A model generated the notes under the pieces. It searched no databases. It was not told where the DNA came from and saw only the letters and a list, made by a program, of their open reading frames with translations. The translations under genes were made by a program, and so were the position numbers. From contig JAKUUL010000001.1 in NCBI GenBank assembly GCA_022447025.1, positions 17,515 to 81,514 on the forward strand: DNA of 64,000 nt, written 5' to 3'. Every line of letters begins with the position of its first letter. Position 1 is the stretch's first letter. The DNA is from SAR86 cluster bacterium (GTDB lineage Bacteria; Pseudomonadota; Gammaproteobacteria; Magnimaribacterales; Magnimaribacteraceae). Of this stretch, positions 29,165 through 39,270 are shown piece after piece.

Positions 29165-31387
29165 ATGGTTTTTCGAAGAAAATTCTTATTAATTCCTCTG
29201 AGTTTCGTTGTTTTATTGATTTCAATAGAAACCATTCATGGTTCTGAAAGAGAAGAAATCAAGATCAAAACTATCGAGGCTGAGACTATTTCCAATGATA
29301 AAGATGGAAATTTGATCTTGGAAGGAAACGTTATCATTAACACAAACCTACTTTCCTTTTCTTCTTCGAGTGCTCTATTGAATGAATCAGAGGGATTGTT
29401 GGAATTAGTTGGTGATGTTGAAGTAATTTCAGATAACTTCGAAGTAAATTCATCTGAAATGAAAGCAAATTTAAATCTACAAACTTTTTTAGCTAAGTCC
29501 ACTGAAATTTATCATGAAAATTCTAATTTTGGTTCGACGGAAGAGTTTGTTATTAGGACATCAGGAGATGTAGAACTGATTAATACTTCAGTGACTAGCT
29601 GTTCAAAAGAAGATCCGGCCTGGACTATATCCACAAAGAGCATCACCTATTTAGATGGATCAAAAAATGTGGTGATAAGAGGTATTAAATTAAAATTAAA
29701 AAAAATTCCTATTTTCTATTTCCCCTATGTAAGAACTGCTTTAAGTAATGAGAGTATGTCTGGTTTCTTAACGCCAGGATTAAATCAAACTCGTAATGGA
29801 GTTGATATCTCGTTGCCTTATTACTTCAATTTAGCTGAAAATTATGACCTGGTTTTAACTCCAAGACATATCTCTTCAAGAGGGTCTGGCTTGGCCTCAA
29901 ATTTCCGCTATTTAAACACTAAATTTACTGGGGAGATTAATGTCTCAGGATTATCGGGGGATAAAAGATATAAGAAAGAGACCGGTATAGAGGATTCTAG
30001 ATGGAATGTATCTTGGCAGAATAAGTCTGTCTTGAGTAAAAACTTGTATTCAAATATAGATTTTCAATCTACGAGTGATGAATATTTCTTTAGAGATATA
30101 GGAAATGATCAGTTTGGTGAAACCAGAACAAGCTATTTACCTAGAAAATTCAGTTTAACTTGGAAGAATCCTTTTTTAAAAATTAATCTAGGAATAAGTA
30201 GATATCAAATACTGAACCCTTTCTCTTATGAGGAATATAAGTCTAAACCAGATTTAACTATCCAAACCTATGTATCAAGAAAAGACCTGTCTTTTTCTAT
30301 TTTTGCTAATAAAAGTAAGTTTGAATTAGACCGCATTAATCCTCTTAGAAGCTCTTATGAAGAAGTTGATCGTTTATTTCTATCCCCCAGAATAACCTTT
30401 AGAAAAAACCTTCCCAGCTCCACCTTTTTATTTTCAACTGGAGCAACTTATATAAAACATAACTTTGATTCTTTGCAAGAAAGTAAATCCTCCCCATGGG
30501 TTGAGATGAAATACAGTGTCTTCTTAGATAAAGTAAATAACATTCAGGTTGCGAGCCTAATCCCAGTAATAAAATACGTGTTTGTTGAGGACAACTACAA
30601 GAACCAGACTAATCTAATTGATTCACGAATAATCTCTTTGGATTATTCAACTATATTTCAAAGAGGCAGGTTTGTGGGACTGGACAGATTTTCAGAAAAT
30701 AACAAGATTATTGTCGGGCTTGAGAGGGTTTCAAGTTCATTAGCTAAAGATTCCTTTAACTCTGTATCACTAGGGAAAGCCTTTTACCTTAAGGATAGAA
30801 CATATTATGAAGATTCTTCAACTATTAGAAACTCTTCTCCCTTGGTAGCTGAATTTAAAACAAAATTAAGAGGTAATATTTGGTCTAAGAGTTTATTTGA
30901 ATGGGATAATGAATCCAAGAAACTAAATCTAGCTAGTTTTGGTTTTTCGTATCAAAAAAATGACCTTAAAAGAATCGAATTTAGGTCAATTTATAGAAGA
31001 CAAGATCCAAATAAAGCTTATATCCCGTGGGTTGATAAAGATATGAAAACTAATCACAGTGAATTAGTTACACAATGGCCCTTATCTAAATCTATAAATG
31101 TATTTGCTAGATGGCAAAAAGATCATGAAAGTAATAAGTCCAACGATATTTTATTTGGTTTTGAGTATTCTAATTGCTGCCTGAAATGGGGCTTAATGAA
31201 CAGAAAGTGGATAGAAGAAGACTATTTTTCATGGAAAAATAATTACACTTCTTCTTTTCAAGCACTTTCTGAAGGACTCGATCCATCCATAGAAAGAAGC
31301 AGAACTTATGTTTTTTTTGAACTGAAGAACATAGGAAGATTAGGTAAGGAAATATCTAAAGCTTTATCTTCAACTAAATTAGAATAA
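29165..31387 (+). CDS. lptD: LPS-assembly outer-membrane protein LptD
   Basis: 740 aa. Signal peptide, OstA-like N-domain, aromatic-rich beta-barrel. Heads the lptD-surA-pdxA-rsmA string. Confidence 0.92.
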   Translation: MVFRRKFLLIPLSFVVLLISIETIHGSEREEIKIKTIEAETISNDKDGNLILEGNVIINTNLLSFSSSSALLNESEGLLELVGDVEVISDNFEVNSSEMKANLNLQTFLAKSTEIYHENSNFGSTEEFVIRTSGDVELINTSVTSCSKEDPAWTISTKSITYLDGSKNVVIRGIKLKLKKIPIFYFPYVRTALSNESMSGFLTPGLNQTRNGVDISLPYYFNLAENYDLVLTPRHISSRGSGLASNFRYLNTKFTGEINVSGLSGDKRYKKETGIEDSRWNVSWQNKSVLSKNLYSNIDFQSTSDEYFFRDIGNDQFGETRTSYLPRKFSLTWKNPFLKINLGISRYQILNPFSYEEYKSKPDLTIQTYVSRKDLSFSIFANKSKFELDRINPLRSSYEEVDRLFLSPRITFRKNLPSSTFLFSTGATYIKHNFDSLQESKSSPWVEMKYSVFLDKVNNIQVASLIPVIKYVFVEDNYKNQTNLIDSRIISLDYSTIFQRGRFVGLDRFSENNKIIVGLERVSSSLAKDSFNSVSLGKAFYLKDRTYYEDSSTIRNSSPLVAEFKTKLRGNIWSKSLFEWDNESKKLNLASFGFSYQKNDLKRIEFRSIYRRQDPNKAYIPWVDKDMKTNHSELVTQWPLSKSINVFARWQKDHESNKSNDILFGFEYSNCCLKWGLMNRKWIEEDYFSWKNNYTSSFQALSEGLDPSIERSRTYVFFELKNIGRLGKEISKALSSTKLE

Positions 31388-31433
31388 TTGCATCGAGATG
31401 TAACTAAGAAGACAATAACACCTTATTAATAGT

Positions 31434-32744
31434 ATGAAGAATAAGTATCAGAAAAAATTCACCCTATCCTTAACAATTGGATTGTTTCTTTGTCTTTTCT
31501 ATGTTGAAAAAATAGAAGCAAAAATTGAACTTTTAGATCGGGTAGTGGCTGTGGTTGATTCCGGTGTAGTAATGGAATCACAACTTAACCAAAGGGTACA
31601 AGATATTATTGGCAGGCTAAGGAGTGATGGTATTGAATTGCCTCCTAAAGAAGTATTGGAAGAACAAATTCTAGAGAGGTTAATCATAGAAGAAATCCAA
31701 CTTCAGATTGGAGATCAGGCTGGGGTAAAAATAAGTGATGCAGAATTAAACCGTGCTCTTTCAATGATTGCTTCAGAAAATTCTATGAATTTAGAACAGT
31801 TCAAAGAGAGTCTAGATGCTAACAATGACTCTTACGTTAAGTTACGTGATCAGGTAAGAAAAGAACTAATCATCCAAAGAGTCCAGAGAGGTAAAGTTGG
31901 TGCAAACATTGAGATTTCTGAACAAGAAATTGAGAACTTTCTCAATTCCGAAGAGGGAAGATCAAAGCTTGCGGAACAATATAATGTACAACAAATTCTT
32001 CTTTCTCTAAGCAGTTCAGCCCCTGAAAACGAAGTTAATTTAGTTAAAGAAAAAGGAGCTGATCTAATTGAGAGATACAAAGAAGGGGAAAGTTTTGAAA
32101 AATTAGCAGCCACCTATTCTTCAGATCAAAATGCCTTAGAAGGTGGAAGTCTGGGCTGGAGAAAATCTTCTGAATTACCCTCATTATTTTCGAATGTTGT
32201 TGTCAAAATGAAGGTAGGAGAAATATCTGAGTTAATTAGAAGTGGAGCGGGGTTTCATATTATTAGATTATCAGAGAAAAGAGGTGATGTAGTTAAATTT
32301 GAAGACCAAACATTGGTCAGGCATATTTTGATACAAAGTTCTGAAATTAGATCTGAGAATCAAACCAAAGAACTAATTAATGAGATACATCAGGAACTTA
32401 TTGATGGAGAAGATTTCAAACAACTTGCCAGGCAGCACTCAGAAGATCCAGGTTCAAAAATGGAAGGAGGTGAACTAGGTTGGAGCTCACCGGATTCATT
32501 TGATCCAGCTTTTGAAGCCGTTATGAATTCAGTAGACATAGGAGAAATGTCTAAACCCTTCCAGTCAAGTTTCGGCTGGCATATCTTAGAAGTTCTTGAT
32601 AGAAGAAATGAAGATATCAGTGATGATGTAAGGAAAAATAGAGCCTATTCCATTATCTTTAATAGAAAGTTTGAACAAGAGCTTCAAAGGACTTTAATAG
32701 AATTAAGATCAGAATCCTACGTAGATATTAAATTAAACACATGA
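31434..32744 (+). CDS. surA: periplasmic chaperone / PPIase SurA
   Basis: 436 aa. Signal peptide and two parvulin domains (GGSLGW.., GGELGW..FGWHI). Confidence 0.93.
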   Translation: MKNKYQKKFTLSLTIGLFLCLFYVEKIEAKIELLDRVVAVVDSGVVMESQLNQRVQDIIGRLRSDGIELPPKEVLEEQILERLIIEEIQLQIGDQAGVKISDAELNRALSMIASENSMNLEQFKESLDANNDSYVKLRDQVRKELIIQRVQRGKVGANIEISEQEIENFLNSEEGRSKLAEQYNVQQILLSLSSSAPENEVNLVKEKGADLIERYKEGESFEKLAATYSSDQNALEGGSLGWRKSSELPSLFSNVVVKMKVGEISELIRSGAGFHIIRLSEKRGDVVKFEDQTLVRHILIQSSEIRSENQTKELINEIHQELIDGEDFKQLARQHSEDPGSKMEGGELGWSSPDSFDPAFEAVMNSVDIGEMSKPFQSSFGWHILEVLDRRNEDISDDVRKNRAYSIIFNRKFEQELQRTLIELRSESYVDIKLNT

Positions 32745-33715
32745 TTAAACTGGCTGTCTCGCCAGGAGATCCAGCTGGTATAGGCCCTGATATTTGCATC
32801 AAGGCATTTGGACTGAATAAAGACTTAGATTTTTCCCCTGTCGTATTTGGAGACATAAACCTTTTCAAGGAAAGAGCTCAAAATTTAGAAGTAGATATTA
32901 AAATTCAAGAATATAAGGGTCAAACAGATCTAGATGGTAAAAGTTTTTGGATTTTGCCCTACCCTCTTGATCTAAAAGTAGAGCCAGGAGAACCTAATCC
33001 TAATTATGGCGGTTACCTCATAAAAGTCTTGGAAGATGCAACAAATTTAACTTTAAAAAATGAATTTGATGCCTTAGTAACTGGACCTTTAAATAAAGAA
33101 TTGATTAATAAAGCTGGGATAAGTTTCTTTGGCCATACTGAAGTTCTGGCTGATCTTTCAAATACTCCTAAAGTTGTAATGATGTTGACTTGCGATAACC
33201 TGAAAGTAGCTTTAGCAACAACTCATGTACCTTTAAGAGAAGTACCAAAACTGATTACACATGAACACCTATGTGAGTGCTTAACTATTTTAAATAATGA
33301 CCTTAAGCTTAAGTGGGGCTATACCAATCCTTGTATTAAGGTTTTGGGATTAAACCCCCATGCCGGAGATGGTGGATATCTAGGCAAGGAGGATCAAGAA
33401 ATAATAGCTCCAGCAATTGAATGCCTTAAAGCAAAAGGGTTAAATCTTATCGGGCCAGTTTCTGCTGACACAGCCTTTGTAGGAAAAAACTCAGAACATA
33501 TAGATGCTTACCTTGCTATGTATCATGATCAAGGCCTTCCTGTTTTAAAAACTTCAGGTTTTGGTAATTCGGTTAATGTTACTTTGGGATTACCATTCAT
33601 TAGAACTTCAGTTGATCATGGTACTGCGTATGACATGGCTGGAAAAAAAGATGTAGATGAGAACAGTCTGCTTGAAGCCGCATATTTAGCTTTTAACTTA
33701 GCAACCCAAAACTAG
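32741..33715 (+). CDS. pdxA: 4-hydroxythreonine-4-phosphate dehydrogenase
   Basis: 324 aa. GDPAGIGPD, GLNPHAGDGG, RTSVDHGTA. Confidence 0.96.
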   Translation: MIKLAVSPGDPAGIGPDICIKAFGLNKDLDFSPVVFGDINLFKERAQNLEVDIKIQEYKGQTDLDGKSFWILPYPLDLKVEPGEPNPNYGGYLIKVLEDATNLTLKNEFDALVTGPLNKELINKAGISFFGHTEVLADLSNTPKVVMMLTCDNLKVALATTHVPLREVPKLITHEHLCECLTILNNDLKLKWGYTNPCIKVLGLNPHAGDGGYLGKEDQEIIAPAIECLKAKGLNLIGPVSADTAFVGKNSEHIDAYLAMYHDQGLPVLKTSGFGNSVNVTLGLPFIRTSVDHGTAYDMAGKKDVDENSLLEAAYLAFNLATQN

Positions 33716-33716
33716 A

Positions 33717-34505
33717 GTGATAAGAGCAAAAAAAAGTTTAGGCCAGAACTTTTTGACGGATGAGATAATCATTAACCGTTTATTGGAAACTGTAAGCCCC
33801 AAAAAGCAAGACAATTTTTTTGAGGTAGGATCAGGTCGAGGTGAAATCACAAGAAAGATAACACCAATTGTCAGAAGAATAGATGCTGTAGAAATAGACA
33901 AAGATCTAATCCGAAACTTAAAAAGACTAGAATCTGAGTTTACTAACTTAACGATTCACAAAAATAGTGTTTTAAATATGCACTTAGGGGAACTTTCTGA
34001 AGAAGAGTTAAAGTTCCGCGTCATAGGTAATTTACCTTACAACTTATCCTCCAAGATTATGCTTTGGACTTTTAGTAATAGTGAGCATATTTTAGACATT
34101 CACTACATGTTTCAAAAAGAATTTGGAGAAAGGCTGGTTTCTATTCCTGGAAAGAAATCCTACGGACGACTGAGTGTCATAACCCAGTACCTGTTTGAAT
34201 GCGAAGCTTTATTTAAAATTTTACCTGAAAGTTTTTCTCCTAAACCTGCAGTTGATAGCATTTTTATAAAATTTCTACCAAAAGCTCAAAAAAATATAAA
34301 CTCTGCCGAAGCCAAACAACTTCAAGAATTTACAAAACTAGTATTTTCTAAACGAAGAAAAAAAATATCTACTTCTTGTAAAAATATTATGAGTTCAAAC
34401 CAATTTATTGATTTAGGAATTAATCCAGATAGTCGACCTGAGTCATTGGAGTTGAGTGAGTTTTTAAAAATTATTAAGTATTTATCAGAAACAGGTAATG
34501 GCTAA
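33717..34505 (+). CDS. rsmA: 16S rRNA (adenine1518/1519-N6)-dimethyltransferase
   Basis: 262 aa. KSLGQNFL, EVGSGRGEIT, GNLPYN. Confidence 0.96.
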   Translation: MIRAKKSLGQNFLTDEIIINRLLETVSPKKQDNFFEVGSGRGEITRKITPIVRRIDAVEIDKDLIRNLKRLESEFTNLTIHKNSVLNMHLGELSEEELKFRVIGNLPYNLSSKIMLWTFSNSEHILDIHYMFQKEFGERLVSIPGKKSYGRLSVITQYLFECEALFKILPESFSPKPAVDSIFIKFLPKAQKNINSAEAKQLQEFTKLVFSKRRKKISTSCKNIMSSNQFIDLGINPDSRPESLELSEFLKIIKYLSETGNG

Positions 34506-35337
34506 CTACGCAATAGGCGATGTGCAAGGCTGTTTCCTTGAACTAAAAGGACTTTTAGATCTAATTAATTTTGACCCCAGTCATGACAGGCTTTGGTTCG
34601 TAGGCGATCTTATTAACAGGGGACCTGATTCACTACGAACAATTGAATTTATTTATGAAATAAAAGACTCTTGCCACGTAGTTCTAGGTAATCACGATAT
34701 GCACTTCTTAGCAATTGCTGATGGTCTAAGGAAGCCCTTTAAAAAAGACACTCTTAATGAATTACTGGAATCAAAGAACCTGAATCAATATAAAAAATGG
34801 CTCAAAGGCCAAAGCCTACTCTATTACGAAGATATACAATGCCAAGAAGGAAATAAAACTTATTTAATGAGTCACGCTGGCATCCCTCCACACTGGTCTT
34901 GGCAAGAAGCATTAGAAGCTGCTAATGAAATAAAAGAAGCTTTAAATGATGAAAATCTTTATAGCGAATATTTAATGAATATTTATGGAAACCTGCCAAA
35001 TCAGACCCATCCGGGTTTAAACAGAATAGAACGAATGAGATTGAATACTAATTACTTAACAAGAATGCGATTTTGTAAAATTGATGGGGAGTTGGAACTT
35101 GATACCAAGGGTATCTCCTCTAATGAACCTGAGGGGTTTAAGGCTTGGTTTAAACACCCTTTAAAAATTGAAAGAGAAAACCTTCATTTAATTTTTGGTC
35201 ACTGGGCAGCTTTAGGTGGTAAAACAGATAATGAAAAGATTACTGCTATAGATACAGGTTGTGTGTGGGGATATAAATTATCTGCATATAGATTGGAAGA
35301 TAGTAAAGTCTTTAGTTATGATCGAATAACTAAATAA
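34498..35337 (+). CDS. apaH: bis(5'-nucleosyl)-tetraphosphatase, symmetrical
   Basis: 279 aa. [23 protein letters not shown]. Overlaps rsmA by 8 nt; no apaG lies between them. Confidence 0.93.
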   Translation: MANYAIGDVQGCFLELKGLLDLINFDPSHDRLWFVGDLINRGPDSLRTIEFIYEIKDSCHVVLGNHDMHFLAIADGLRKPFKKDTLNELLESKNLNQYKKWLKGQSLLYYEDIQCQEGNKTYLMSHAGIPPHWSWQEALEAANEIKEALNDENLYSEYLMNIYGNLPNQTHPGLNRIERMRLNTNYLTRMRFCKIDGELELDTKGISSNEPEGFKAWFKHPLKIERENLHLIFGHWAALGGKTDNEKITAIDTGCVWGYKLSAYRLEDSKVFSYDRITK

Positions 35338-35338
35338 A

Positions 35339-36427
35339 ATGGAAATATATCTTGTTGGTGGTGCTGTAAGAGATACTCTTCTGGGTATTACAGTTAAAGA
35401 AAAAGATTGGGTAGTGGTAGGCGCTACTAAAGAGGATTTGACTGAACTCGGATATAAGCAAGTTGGTTCAAATTTCCCTGTTTTCCTTCATCCAGAAACA
35501 AAAGAAGAATATGCGCTGGCAAGAACTGAGAGGAAGTCAGGTATAGGACACAAAGGGTTTTCTTTTGATACTAAACCTGATGTTACTCTGGAAGAGGACT
35601 TAAGAAGAAGGGATTTAACAATCAATGCAATGGCTCAATCAGAAGATGGAAGTCTTATAGATCCTTTTAATGGCCAAACAGACCTAGAAAACAAGATCTT
35701 AAAACAGGTATCTGATGCTTTTCAGGAGGATCCTCTAAGAGTTTTTAGGGTAGCTCGATTTGCTGCCAAATTAAATCACCTGGGGTTCTCAATTGATGGA
35801 AAAACCATGAATACAATGAATAAACTGTCTCTTTCCGGTGAGCTAGAAACTCTTCCAAAAGAAAGAATCTGGCAAGAAACTCATAAGGCATTACAAGAAA
35901 AGAGCCCAGCTGAATACTTTAGAGTTCTTATTGAATCCAAAGCTACATTAGGGTTAAAAAATATAGAGAAGATTGATCTAAATATGTTTGCGTTAATTGC
36001 ATCAAAAATTTCTAATCCCAAGTTAAGATGGGCCTCTTTGGCCTCCAGCCCTGAATGCAGTTTGAATGACTTAAACGATACTTTTGGAGTGCCTAAAAAA
36101 ATACAAGAGTTAAGCCAAATTTATAAAAAATTGGTTGAATTTACTGCTGAACACGACTCTGGTGCTGAAAACCATGAGGTATTGGCATTGATTGAGGATG
36201 TAGATGCATTAAGAAGAAATAAACGTTTCAACAAAGCCGTAAAAATCTTAGGGGCTGGTAAAGTAACCGGTTCCTTTAGGGGTAAAGTACTTCCCTGGCA
36301 AGAAATGTCTAAAAAATTAATAGAAGTAAAGCCTTCTTCTTCAGAATTAACAGGTACGGAGATTATTGAAGACTTAAGGAAGCAAAGATTAAAAATTATT
36401 GAAGTTGAATTACATAAGCATGGATAA
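35339..36427 (+). CDS. cca: class II tRNA CCA-adding nucleotidyltransferase, HD motif not detectable
   Basis: 362 aa. [24 protein letters not shown] head domain is near-identical in pattern to E. coli Cca. The C-terminal half is about 50 aa shorter and lacks the H...HD residues (see finding). Confidence 0.9.
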   Translation: MEIYLVGGAVRDTLLGITVKEKDWVVVGATKEDLTELGYKQVGSNFPVFLHPETKEEYALARTERKSGIGHKGFSFDTKPDVTLEEDLRRRDLTINAMAQSEDGSLIDPFNGQTDLENKILKQVSDAFQEDPLRVFRVARFAAKLNHLGFSIDGKTMNTMNKLSLSGELETLPKERIWQETHKALQEKSPAEYFRVLIESKATLGLKNIEKIDLNMFALIASKISNPKLRWASLASSPECSLNDLNDTFGVPKKIQELSQIYKKLVEFTAEHDSGAENHEVLALIEDVDALRRNKRFNKAVKILGAGKVTGSFRGKVLPWQEMSKKLIEVKPSSSELTGTEIIEDLRKQRLKIIEVELHKHG

Positions 36428-37154
36428 GGAAAAAGTTGTTCTAATAACTGGAGGAGCTAAGCGCATAGGCTCCTACATAGCTAGATACTTCCATGCAAAG
36501 GGCTTTAACATAATTCTACACTTTAACAGTTCAGCTAAAGAGGCAGACCAACTTAAATCTGATCTGTTGTCTATTAGAAAAAATTCTTGCAGAACTATAC
36601 AAGCAAATTTTTCAGATGAGAGTTCCTTTAAGCAAGCATTGAAAGAAATCTTAGATAGTACAGAGAGATTAGATGTATTGATTAACAATGCTTCCGGTTT
36701 TTATCCAACACCAATTGAATCAGCTACGAAAGAACAGTGGTTAACTCTTTTGGATACAAATGCAACAGTACCTTTATTACTAATCAAGGCCTTAAGGCCC
36801 CTATTAGAAGACTCTAAAGGATGTGTAATTAATATTTCAGACTCTGAAGTGAGTTCAGGAATTCCTGAATATAGCCTTTATGCTGCTGCCAAAGCAGCTT
36901 TGGAATCCCTAACTAAGTCTCTCGCGAAGGAGCTCGCTCCTTATGTAAGAATTAATGCAATAGCCCCGGGTATTATTCTCTGGCCAGAAGAAGGTGTTTT
37001 AGATGAAGAGAAAAAAGCAGAAATAGTCAATAAAACAGCCCTAGGTAGAGATGGTGAACCAGATGATATCGCATCTGCAGCTTACCTTTTATACAGGTCC
37101 ACCTATATGACTGGGCAGGTACTAAAAATAGATGGAGGAAGGTCTCCTGGATAA
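36420..37154 (+). CDS. pteridine reductase / FolM-like SDR
   Basis: ORF track starts at 36399. I prefer [17 protein letters not shown] (ATG 36420), 8-nt overlap with cca. NNAS.., catalytic YAAAK. Confidence 0.75.
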   Translation: MDKEKVVLITGGAKRIGSYIARYFHAKGFNIILHFNSSAKEADQLKSDLLSIRKNSCRTIQANFSDESSFKQALKEILDSTERLDVLINNASGFYPTPIESATKEQWLTLLDTNATVPLLLIKALRPLLEDSKGCVINISDSEVSSGIPEYSLYAAAKAALESLTKSLAKELAPYVRINAIAPGIILWPEEGVLDEEKKAEIVNKTALGRDGEPDDIASAAYLLYRSTYMTGQVLKIDGGRSPG

Positions 37155-37221
37155 ACTGTAAAAATTAATTTACTTTAAGTTATCTTTTAACTATCTTTTC
37201 TAATAAGCTTTAAACAAAGAT

Positions 37222-38277
37222 ATGGATTTTAAAGAAAACCAGAATATAGGGACCATGGAGGTTCTGGAAAGACATCAGTTTGACGAAAAAGCTCTAACTG
37301 ATTTTATGGAGAAAAATGTACAAGATTTTGTAGGCCCTTTGTCTATTGAAGAGTTTAAAGGAGGACAATCCAACCCTACTTACCTTGTTAAAACTAAAAC
37401 TCAATCTTACGTATTAAGAAGAAAGCCACCCGGAAAGTTACTTAAATCTGCACATGCTGTTGACCGAGAATATCGAGTCATCACAGCTTTAAATAATACC
37501 GATGTTCCCGTCCCAAAAACCTTTGCTTTATGCGAAGACACTGAAGTAATAGGCACAGCCTTTTATCTAATGGAATTTATGGATGGGAGAGTGCTTTGGG
37601 ACGCTTCTATGGAGGACTCTAATACTGAAGAAGCATTAGGAGTTTACTCTTCGATGAACAATACCTTAGCTAAACTCCACTCTGTGGATCCTATTAAAGT
37701 AGATCTTGAAAGTTTTGGAAGACCAGGAAATTATGTTGGCAGACAGGTTTCTATCTGGTCAAAGCAATATATTGATTCTGAAACCGAAGAAATTGTTGAA
37801 ATGAATAAGCTAATAGACTGGCTTCCTCAAAATCTCCCTTCTGATAAACCCTTGAGGATAGTGCATGGAGACTTCAGCTTAACAAACCTAATGATTCATA
37901 ACGACAAACCTGAGGTCATAGCAATATTGGACTGGGAGTTATCTACATTAGGTGACCCTTGTGCTGATTTTAGTTATCACTGTATGCAATACAGACTGAA
38001 TCCCCATTTATCCGATCAAGAATATTGCAAAAAAACTGGAATACCTACTGAGGAAGAATACGTGAACATGTATTGTGATAAGACAGGTTATGACCTAAAG
38101 AAAGAATGGGAACTTTACATGGCCTATAATCTATTTAAATCAGCTGGTATCTTACAAGGTATTTTAGGAAGGGTTAGAGATGGAACAGCAGCAAGTAAAC
38201 ATGCACAAGACATGGCTGCTAGAGTTCGACCCTTAGCTGAAGGTGCATGGAAGCTTATAGAAGAAAACTTTCTATAA
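37222..38277 (+). CDS. APH-fold phosphotransferase (the type often associated or fused with acyl-CoA dehydrogenases)
   Basis: 351 aa. Catalytic loop IVHGDFSLTNLM, metal-binding ILDWELS. Confidence 0.75.
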   Translation: MDFKENQNIGTMEVLERHQFDEKALTDFMEKNVQDFVGPLSIEEFKGGQSNPTYLVKTKTQSYVLRRKPPGKLLKSAHAVDREYRVITALNNTDVPVPKTFALCEDTEVIGTAFYLMEFMDGRVLWDASMEDSNTEEALGVYSSMNNTLAKLHSVDPIKVDLESFGRPGNYVGRQVSIWSKQYIDSETEEIVEMNKLIDWLPQNLPSDKPLRIVHGDFSLTNLMIHNDKPEVIAILDWELSTLGDPCADFSYHCMQYRLNPHLSDQEYCKKTGIPTEEEYVNMYCDKTGYDLKKEWELYMAYNLFKSAGILQGILGRVRDGTAASKHAQDMAARVRPLAEGAWKLIEENFL

Positions 38278-38333
38278 ACTTAGAATTATTTTTAGTTTAA
38301 GCTATTGAATATAAATTAAGAAAGGAGAGAAGA

Positions 38334-38837
38334 ATGGCAATAGACAAATTTTTAGTAGAGGCAAGCCACATCATGATGTTTGCTAGATCTATTGGAGATG
38401 ATAACCCTGTTTACTACGATGAGGATCATAAGTCAGAGTCTGGTAGTGAAGGAATAATTGCACCTCCAACATTTGCACAATCCAGTGCGCAGTTTGATCC
38501 AGACTATTTTCTTAGACCAAAAACAGGCGGTGTGGGATGGTTTGGTTCTGGAAAAGAACCAACTGGATTAAAGCCCTCAGGTTCAGGAGGCGGGGGTGGT
38601 GGAGGAGCCGCAGCTGGACTACATGCCGAACAACACTTTGAATATCACTTACCTCTAAAAGCTGGAGATGTTTTAAGTGCGACGACTAAACCAGGAAATG
38701 CCTGGGAGAAAGAAAGTAAACGTGCTGGTAAACTCAAATTCAGTGAGTCAGTAACTGAATATAGAAATCAAAATGGGGACTTGGTCATAACAGCAACTGG
38801 CGTTGGTGTTCAAACTGAGAGACCGGTAGATAGTTAA
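38334..38837 (+). CDS. MaoC-N / FAS1-dehydratase-like hot-dog protein (non-catalytic partner type) with Gly-rich insert
   Basis: 167 aa. N-terminal FARSIGDDNPVY. No D-x4-H hydratase motif. Insert SGSGGGGGGGAAAG. Confidence 0.65.
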   Translation: MAIDKFLVEASHIMMFARSIGDDNPVYYDEDHKSESGSEGIIAPPTFAQSSAQFDPDYFLRPKTGGVGWFGSGKEPTGLKPSGSGGGGGGGAAAGLHAEQHFEYHLPLKAGDVLSATTKPGNAWEKESKRAGKLKFSESVTEYRNQNGDLVITATGVGVQTERPVDS

Positions 38838-38846
38838 GGAGAAACC

Positions 38847-39266
38847 ATGTTAAAAGCAAGTGAAATAAAAGTAGGTGACACTCATACAGAAGTATTAGTG
38901 GAAGACCTTAAGCGAACCCAGATTGTTCAATATGCAGGAGCTTCTGGCGATTACAATCCTTTACACACTGATGAGTTATTTACTACAAAAATAGCCGGCT
39001 ATCCTACTGTGTTTGCTCATGGGATGTTAACTATGGGTATGACAGGAAGGATGGTAACTAACTATGTTGGCGATGGTACTCTGAAGAAGTATGGAGTTAG
39101 ATTCACAAGCCAGGTTTGGCCAGGAGACACACTAACAAGCGTAGCAACTGTTACTGAGCTAAGGGAAGAGGATGGAGAAAGCCTCGTTGATTTAGAAATA
39201 GTAACTACAAATCAAGATGGGGTAGCCGTAGTAACAGGATCTGCAACTGCAAAAATAACTTCCTAA
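38847..39266 (+). CDS. MaoC-like (R)-specific enoyl-CoA hydratase hot-dog protein (catalytic partner type)
   Basis: 139 aa. Hydratase-2 motif SGDYNPLHTD followed by FAHG. Confidence 0.75.
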   Translation: MLKASEIKVGDTHTEVLVEDLKRTQIVQYAGASGDYNPLHTDELFTTKIAGYPTVFAHGMLTMGMTGRMVTNYVGDGTLKKYGVRFTSQVWPGDTLTSVATVTELREEDGESLVDLEIVTTNQDGVAVVTGSATAKITS

Positions 39267-39270
39267 CTAA

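Noticed and set aside
36399-36419. Upstream extension of the FolM-like SDR ORF
   Set aside because: [12 protein letters not shown] places the Rossmann loop at the usual distance from the start. The longer form adds 7 residues from within cca.
38577-38618. GC-rich GGN-repeat tract, considered as a tandem repeat or contingency locus
   Set aside because: It is in frame within the MaoC-N ORF and encodes a Gly/Ala linker using mixed GGN/GCN codons. It is not a perfect nucleotide repeat, so slippage is unlikely. It is kept only as a note in the hot-dog finding.
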